DNA of 53,086 nt from a virus (taxonomy: Duplodnaviria > Caudoviricetes), in the IMG/VR virus record IMGVR_UViG_3300025423_000028, positions 1 through 53,086 of that record. One strand, written 5' to 3'. A model generated the notes under the pieces. It was not told where the DNA came from and made no database searches. It saw only the letters and a list, made by a program, of their open reading frames with translations. Positions 48,520-53,086 of the stretch are shown here, piece by piece. The first letter of the stretch is position 1, and each line of letters opens with the position of its first letter. The position numbers and the translations under genes were made by a program.

Positions 48520-50117
48520 TATACGATTCCAACAATGCGCCAAGCTCCACTAGGGTTAATCGTTAGATCCCAAACAAATGCGTAATCTACACGACCTGAA
48601 GAGGGTGGAACTGTAGGCAGTGCAATGCTAGAAGGCTCAAAACTTCCCGCTGTCCAAGCAGAACCAGGAATGTTAAATGGCCCTGCAATATTGGTGAAGG
48701 CAATGCGTATTGTTTTTTCACCTGATACTGTATTGCTTGCAAATGCCATGGATGTAACTGAAACGCCTTGTCCGCTAACTAATACTACATCATAATTAGC
48801 AGGGTTTACAGAAGATAAAGGTGTTGCTGAGCCCGGGACTGTAATTACACGGGGATTACCATCGATAATACCGGTGACAATTCTTCTTACGTTTGCTGTG
48901 TCGTTTAGGATTGGAGCTGGGTAAGTTCCAATCAAGTCACCAGCGGCAGAAATGCCACTGATAGTGGTAAGAACGTTATTTCCGCTTACAGTCAAACCAC
49001 TTGCTACAGCAAGGTTGCCAGTGATAGAACCACCGGCTGATGGCAACGCTGCATAAGCTACACCACTAACTGTATTCAAGTTGCCTGATGTAACTGCGTA
49101 TGATCCACTCAAGGCTACAAACTGGCTGGTTAGCGTGGTTACATTGCCGCTAGTTACAACATACTGGCCACTAAGAGTTGTCAAGCTCCCTGAAGTAGAT
49201 ACGTACTGGCCACTAAGTGTAGCCAAATTAGAATTGGTAGTCGTTATATTCCCACTAATATTAGTAAGATCAGTTACAAGACCAGTAACTTGGTTTTTGG
49301 TAATCTGAATACCAGTTGCTGTTACCGCACCGCTAACGGTCAAACCGCTGACAACTGTTAAGTTGCCTGATATTGTTCCACCTGAGATTGGCAAGAAATT
49401 GCCTGATGTCCCACCAGAAATTGTAATTGGTGTCCACGCAGTGTTATTCCATACCAAGCTTTGACCGCTAGCTGGAGTAGAAGACGAAATGGGGTAGCCT
49501 TGTAGAGTAGTGGCATTGGTACCACTGGCTCCACCACCACTAATTGAGATTGGCAACCATTGCGTGCCATTGTAAACTATTGACTGGCCAGAAGTTGCTG
49601 CTATGCCACCAACATAAGGACTGGTGAAATATACACCACCTTGGAACGTTGAAGAACCAGTAACCGTTAAGTTACCAGTGATAGTTCCACCAGAACGTTG
49701 TAAAGCACCGTAAGCTACACCACTAACGGTGTTAAGACTACCGCTTAGAGAAGCAATGTTGCCTGTTGCGGTAGTTACAATCCCGCTAGTAGTGTTATAC
49801 TGACCAGATAACGTAACAAATTGACCGCTTAGGGTTGTTAATGATCCACTAAGGTTGGCAATATTATTGGCGTTCGTATTCAGTGCGCCTGAAATATTTG
49901 TTAAGTCAGAAGTAAGATTTGTAACTTGGCTTTCAGTGATTTGGATACCAGTTGCAGTAACTGTTCCACTAACAGTTAAACCTGAAACAACTACTAAGTT
50001 GCCACTAATCGTGCCGCCAGTAAGAGGAAGATAGTTGCCTGATGCTGTACTAAAATTACCCAAAAATGCTTGAACCAGGTTACTTCTGGTAGCACTAGTC
50101 AATACCGTGTTCATCAT
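48519..50117 (-). CDS. Fibre protein with SG heptad coiled coils
   Basis: Repeats shared with the 22777 and 40927 fibres; ends WRIVGIV. Confidence 0.7.
   Translation of the reverse strand: MMNTVLTSATRSNLVQAFLGNFSTASGNYLPLTGGTISGNLVVVSGLTVSGTVTATGIQITESQVTNLTSDLTNISGALNTNANNIANLSGSLTTLSGQFVTLSGQYNTTSGIVTTATGNIASLSGSLNTVSGVAYGALQRSGGTITGNLTVTGSSTFQGGVYFTSPYVGGIAATSGQSIVYNGTQWLPISISGGGASGTNATTLQGYPISSSTPASGQSLVWNNTAWTPITISGGTSGNFLPISGGTISGNLTVVSGLTVSGAVTATGIQITKNQVTGLVTDLTNISGNITTTNSNLATLSGQYVSTSGSLTTLSGQYVVTSGNVTTLTSQFVALSGSYAVTSGNLNTVSGVAYAALPSAGGSITGNLAVASGLTVSGNNVLTTISGISAAGDLIGTYPAPILNDTANVRRIVTGIIDGNPRVITVPGSATPLSSVNPANYDVVLVSGQGVSVTSMAFASNTVSGEKTIRIAFTNIAGPFNIPGSAWTAGSFEPSSIALPTVPPSSGRVDYAFVWDLTINPSGAWRIVGIV
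49687..49737. repeat. 51-bp direct repeat, copy 2
   Basis: Matches 42833..42883 with one mismatch. Confidence 0.9.
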
Positions 50118-50133
50118 CTTCCTTTAAAGTAGT

Positions 50134-50175
50134 AGAACCAATGGTGCCGAGCTCTTCCCGGTCACCATTGGCTCT
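50134..50175 (-). terminator. Stable hairpin (terminator or 5' UTR stem)
   Basis: AGAGCCAATGGTG..CACCATTGGTTCT 13-bp stem with one G-U on the minus strand plus CCG/CGG; weak U tail. Confidence 0.55.
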
Positions 50176-50219
50176 AATAATTACTGCTTCTACCTTTACA
50201 TTAAAAGGTACGTGTTCCA

Positions 50220-50921
50220 TTAGGATTGCTGACGGTACGTTCTCTTCTGACCAGTCTGGTACAAGTTACCGCTGTAGGTAGCAAAGTAACCAGCGTAGCT
50301 TTGGTTCTCAGAAACATTCGTTTGGATCTGACGAACCTGAGTTTGAACAACGTTTGCACCTGAGATAGTACCGTTGTTGTTAACAACGAGCTGACCAGCG
50401 AAACCAACCTGGTAAGCGTGGACTGTTGCGTCGTCGATCCAGGTAGGAACAGCGTTGGGGGTACCAACGTAGCTTGGGTAAGACTGACCCTCAGTACCAG
50501 AAGGCACGAAGGCGGTCAACGTTGGAACAGCACCAGTACCACTGATAACTGTGAGCACAGCACCGCTAGGCACAACAATAGTTGTTGTCGTGTCGTACAG
50601 GTAGTTAGCACCACCACCGTTCACGTAGAACGTTGTGTTAGAAAGAGGACCGGCTGCAAGAGCAGAGATCAAGTTGTTGATGTTGCTACCAGTAGAGGTA
50701 CCAGTCAAAGTCGTTGTGACCTGACCATTGCTACCACTGATTGTGAACGTAGTAACACCAGTACCGACTGAGAGCTCGAGGATACCGCTAGCCGTGTAGG
50801 CAGCGTTAACCATAATTGCTGGGTCAATAGCCTCAAAGTATGCGTTAGCACCACCGCGTGTTACACCACGGAGTGCGGCCTTTGTAGACTGCTCGTTTGG
50901 GACGTTTGGAGTAGTCGCCAT
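50220..50921 (-). CDS. Virion structural/decoration protein
   Basis: 233 aa, strong codon bias, in the head region. Confidence 0.6.
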   Translation of the reverse strand: MATTPNVPNEQSTKAALRGVTRGGANAYFEAIDPAIMVNAAYTASGILELSVGTGVTTFTISGSNGQVTTTLTGTSTGSNINNLISALAAGPLSNTTFYVNGGGANYLYDTTTTIVVPSGAVLTVISGTGAVPTLTAFVPSGTEGQSYPSYVGTPNAVPTWIDDATVHAYQVGFAGQLVVNNNGTISGANVVQTQVRQIQTNVSENQSYAGYFATYSGNLYQTGQKRTYRQQS

Positions 50922-51100
50922 TATATATCACCTATTCTGTTGAGTGTTTGTCCGGTTTGAAAAGTGCTGGCATGTGTTGCAACAGCTGCGTATGTTGTTG
51001 CAGCTTTTACATCAGGCAAGGCAACACCTTGTGAAATAACCGTATTTGGTTTTGGTTGGGTAGAAACGACAGCGTTCTTAGAAAGCTTCGTTGTCGACAT
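50921..51100 (-). CDS. Small hypothetical protein, 59 aa (not in ORF track)
   Basis: MSTTKLSKNAVVSTQPKPNTVISQGVALPD..RIGDI; starts just after the 51102 stop and ends in a TAATG overlap. Confidence 0.65.
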   Translation of the reverse strand: MSTTKLSKNAVVSTQPKPNTVISQGVALPDVKAATTYAAVATHASTFQTGQTLNRIGDI

Positions 51101-51101
51101 C

Positions 51102-51371
51102 CTAGAAACCTCGTACAGTTGTGTTGTATTGATCGTTCTGAAAAACCAAACCAGTATTAACTTGGCCAGACCAACCCGAACCGCTTAAAGTAGGTGCAGC
51201 GTAACCACCGCTGACAGTACCGGCGAACGTCTGTGGTACCCAAACGTTGAACCATGGCTCATTGTAGATTGTTGTACCACTCAAAACCGTACCACTGGGG
51301 ATAATTGCGCCCAATGGTTCGGCAGCAGCCTCAACATCAGGCTTCACTGTGTTCTTGATCTCGTCGCTCAT
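51102..51371 (-). CDS. Small virion protein, SG-rich
   Basis: 89 aa, AAGGAG SD; 6 of 7 serines are followed by Gly. Confidence 0.6.
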   Translation of the reverse strand: MSDEIKNTVKPDVEAAAEPLGAIIPSGTVLSGTTIYNEPWFNVWVPQTFAGTVSGGYAAPTLSGSGWSGQVNTGLVFQNDQYNTTVRGF

Positions 51372-51413
51372 CTAAGCTCCTTCTAGAGGTGGAGCTTTAC
51401 AGTCCACCGGTTG

Positions 51414-51980
51414 TTATACGTTCTTTGGCTTCGGAGTGCTAGTACTCGAGTTCCAAATCTGTTCCCAAGACTGTGATGGGCCTTTAGGCTCAGCTTCGTC
51501 AGGAAGAGGAATCTTGTAGAGACCTGTGTTCTCGCTAGCTCCTGCAGCGAGGCTCTCACGGAGGTGATCCATGTGGCTTTCGCTTGTGTTACTTTCATCC
51601 TTAAGTTCAGCGATCTTTTCCATTGCCTCATCGGAAGTGATGAACGCAATTCTTCCACGCTGCACTGCTCTCAGCAAGTAAGGATCCTTTCGGATCTCTT
51701 CTGCAATTGGCTGGATACTATTGTGATAACCAGCACCAGCTAGCTTAAAGCTACCCTTATCGCTAGCAAACACTGTAGAACCAGACATCAGGTTCTCGAT
51801 CCAGTCTGCAGTCTGAATGTCTTGCATATCCTTGAACGAAGCTGGTGCACGCTTTTGGAGTGCTGCTGCTCTGTCTGCTGGGTCTGCTTTGTGCTCTTCG
51901 TAGTGACCACCAAGGTCCACAACTGGGACTGGGGTGCTCTCTGACGAAACATCACTTGACTTCGATACTGTTCTTGCCAT
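51414..51980 (-). CDS. Hypothetical head-region protein
   Basis: 188 aa, AAGGAG SD, first native gene after the capsid gene. Confidence 0.65.
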   Translation of the reverse strand: MARTVSKSSDVSSESTPVPVVDLGGHYEEHKADPADRAAALQKRAPASFKDMQDIQTADWIENLMSGSTVFASDKGSFKLAGAGYHNSIQPIAEEIRKDPYLLRAVQRGRIAFITSDEAMEKIAELKDESNTSESHMDHLRESLAAGASENTGLYKIPLPDEAEPKGPSQSWEQIWNSSTSTPKPKNV

Positions 51981-52066
51981 TTTGTTTCTCCTTGTTTCAA
52001 GGCAATGTGCACATTTTGCACATTGCTAACAGATCTAGGAAATCTGTAGTTTTTAATGCGAATTTG

Positions 52067-52118
52067 GTACGAGTGCCGGGGGCGATTTGCTTTCGCAGGG
52101 ATCGTCCCCCGGCCGTAC
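52067..52118 (-). terminator. GC-rich hairpin with GAAA tetraloop, probable ancestral post-capsid terminator/stabiliser
   Basis: GTACG..GCCGGGGG..CGAT..TGC-GAAA-GCA..ATCG-CCCCCGGC..CGTAC just after the orphan KIVKA-stop. Confidence 0.55.
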
Positions 52119-52129
52119 GGTTGTTAAGA

Positions 52130-52149
52130 CTAAGCCTTAACGATCTTGC
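52130..52149 (-). pseudogene. Orphan original 3' end of the capsid gene
   Basis: GC AAG ATC GTT AAG GCT TAG encodes KIVKA-stop, identical to the capsid C-terminus. Confidence 0.75.
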
Positions 52150-52158
52150 GCTTACCTG

Positions 52159-52782
52159 CTAACCTCTAGTGCGGTTAACCTGATAAGTTACATCAAAGTG
52201 TTCTCCATTAATAGTCCCATGTTCTTCGAACTCAATGAGCTCTTTCTCTGTTATTACAAGGTATTTATCACCCAGTAATCTTTGAGCAGTTTCGATTTTT
52301 ACAACCGAATCAAAGTTCATGTAACCTTTAACTTCAACAATGCGTTCATCTCTGCCAGCAATGAAGTCTGGGCGGTAAGTCCCTACGGGAGTCTCAATGT
52401 CGTCACCGTCATATCTTCTCCATGCGATTCCGTATCTCATGCAGCAAGCTGCAAAACGGATTTCCCATGTTGAGTGGAATACAACGGCGGCATCATTAAG
52501 TTCCATAACGAACTTGTCCCTAATGCTCTTTTGTTCCTTGTGAGAACATTTGTTAGAGCAGTATTTCATTGCTGATCGATAGGTTTCAGGTCTAGTAAAA
52601 GATTCACCACAGCCTACACAAATAGCCGATTTAGTTCTCGGCACTTGTTTTAAACCCTTTCTCCGTCCTTCATCTGCACAGCGTTTTGAGCAGTACATCG
52701 TCTTACGTGAATAAGCGAGATAATCTTTCTCGCATACCATGCAGATGAAGGGTTCGGAGTAGGGAGTAGTTCTGTGAGCCAT
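52159..52782 (-). mobile_element. Free-standing putative homing endonuclease (two Zn-finger repeats + PD-(D/E)XK domain)
   Basis: CxxC..YCSxxC twice; STWE..FA, YRPDF, EVKGY; flanked by duplicated capsid C-terminus. Confidence 0.8.
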
Positions 52783-52802
52783 TTATGGTACCTGATCAGG
52801 TA

Positions 52803-53086
52803 CTATGCTTTGACTATTTTGCCTAGGCCACGTGGATTAAGCACTATCTCGGAGACGAGCTCGTCCATGACCCAACCCTTGTGGAACTTCTCTGGGGTGT
52901 GGTTCTCTTCGACGTCGAGCGAGTACATGACGGGGAACACACCGAGGAACTCGGGGCTTGGGGTCATGTAGACAGTACCCTGAGGCACTTCGATCGAACG
53001 CTGAACCTGGAAACCACCGAACTGCACGATGCGCTCACCAGCAACAACACGGTCCTTGAAGGCCCAACCGGTCTGGTTGATGTCCC
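52803..53086 (-). CDS. Major capsid protein, C-terminal part (runs off the window)
   Basis: Frame open to the window edge; PQGTVY..PEFLG.FP..GWVMDE..LNPRG; strong codon bias; upstream of head/neck genes. Confidence 0.8.
   Translation of the reverse strand, partial: DINQTGWAFKDRVVAGERIVQFGGFQVQRSIEVPQGTVYMTPSPEFLGVFPVMYSLDVEENHTPEKFHKGWVMDELVSEIVLNPRGLGKIVKA

Noticed and set aside
51396-51401. Sixth TGTAAA late-promoter copy
   Set aside because: No WAGR box at 17-18 nt spacing
12378-52160. Homology between the whiB-upstream RNA and the post-capsid hairpin (both CGGGGG/CCCCCG, preceded by AGATC.TTAAG)
   Set aside because: The post-capsid 5' match is the orphan capsid coding remnant and G/C-run stems are common; treated as coincidence
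52130-52803. Endonuclease as part of a group I intron in the capsid gene
   Set aside because: Only about 20 nt and 10 nt flank the ORF, too little for a ribozyme core, and the capsid frame is complete without splicing
392-52971. Plus-strand ORFs in the track, including 34003..34962 (319 aa) and 6215..6760
   Set aside because: All are antisense shadows of well-supported minus-strand genes, with no recognisable motifs
1-53086. CRISPR array, integrase, transposase, rRNA
   Set aside because: No regularly spaced nucleotide repeats or diagnostic motifs seen; fibre repeats are peptide-level with diverged codons

Overview
A 53-kb segment of a tailed dsDNA phage with a contractile tail (myovirus), most likely infecting an actinobacterium (WhiB, Rpf-like transglycosylase, MSMEG_6728-family glycosylase, leaderless starts). 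Every credible gene is on the minus strand. In transcription order (right to left): 3' end of the major capsid gene, a free-standing Zn-finger/PD-(D/E)XK endonuclease, head accessory and fibre genes, a lysin, neck genes, sheath, tube, frameshifted tail chaperones, tape measure, baseplate genes, then SNF2 helicase, Rpf, WhiB, a glycosyltransferase cluster (GT2, GT4, GT17 remnant), five tRNAs, an Ntn protease, a 5'-3' exonuclease, a LuxC-like protein, DnaC-like loader and DnaB. Best candidate for a new system: a Ser-Gly dipeptide is strongly and directionally enriched in predicted surface-exposed virion proteins, including heptad-spaced in coiled coils, and is absent from buried ones. Together with the phage glycosyltransferases this suggests a sequon-directed virion glycan coat (inference). 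Other highlights: the endonuclease carries a synonymously recoded capsid C-terminus with the original stranded downstream; a LuxC-like protein lacks the catalytic Cys; a candidate late promoter TGTAHW-N17/18-WAGR; a GC-rich fibre-tip swap; a shared MNWNxRY N-terminus; and a structured RNA before whiB. Family calls come from motif recognition and counts are by hand; no searches were run.
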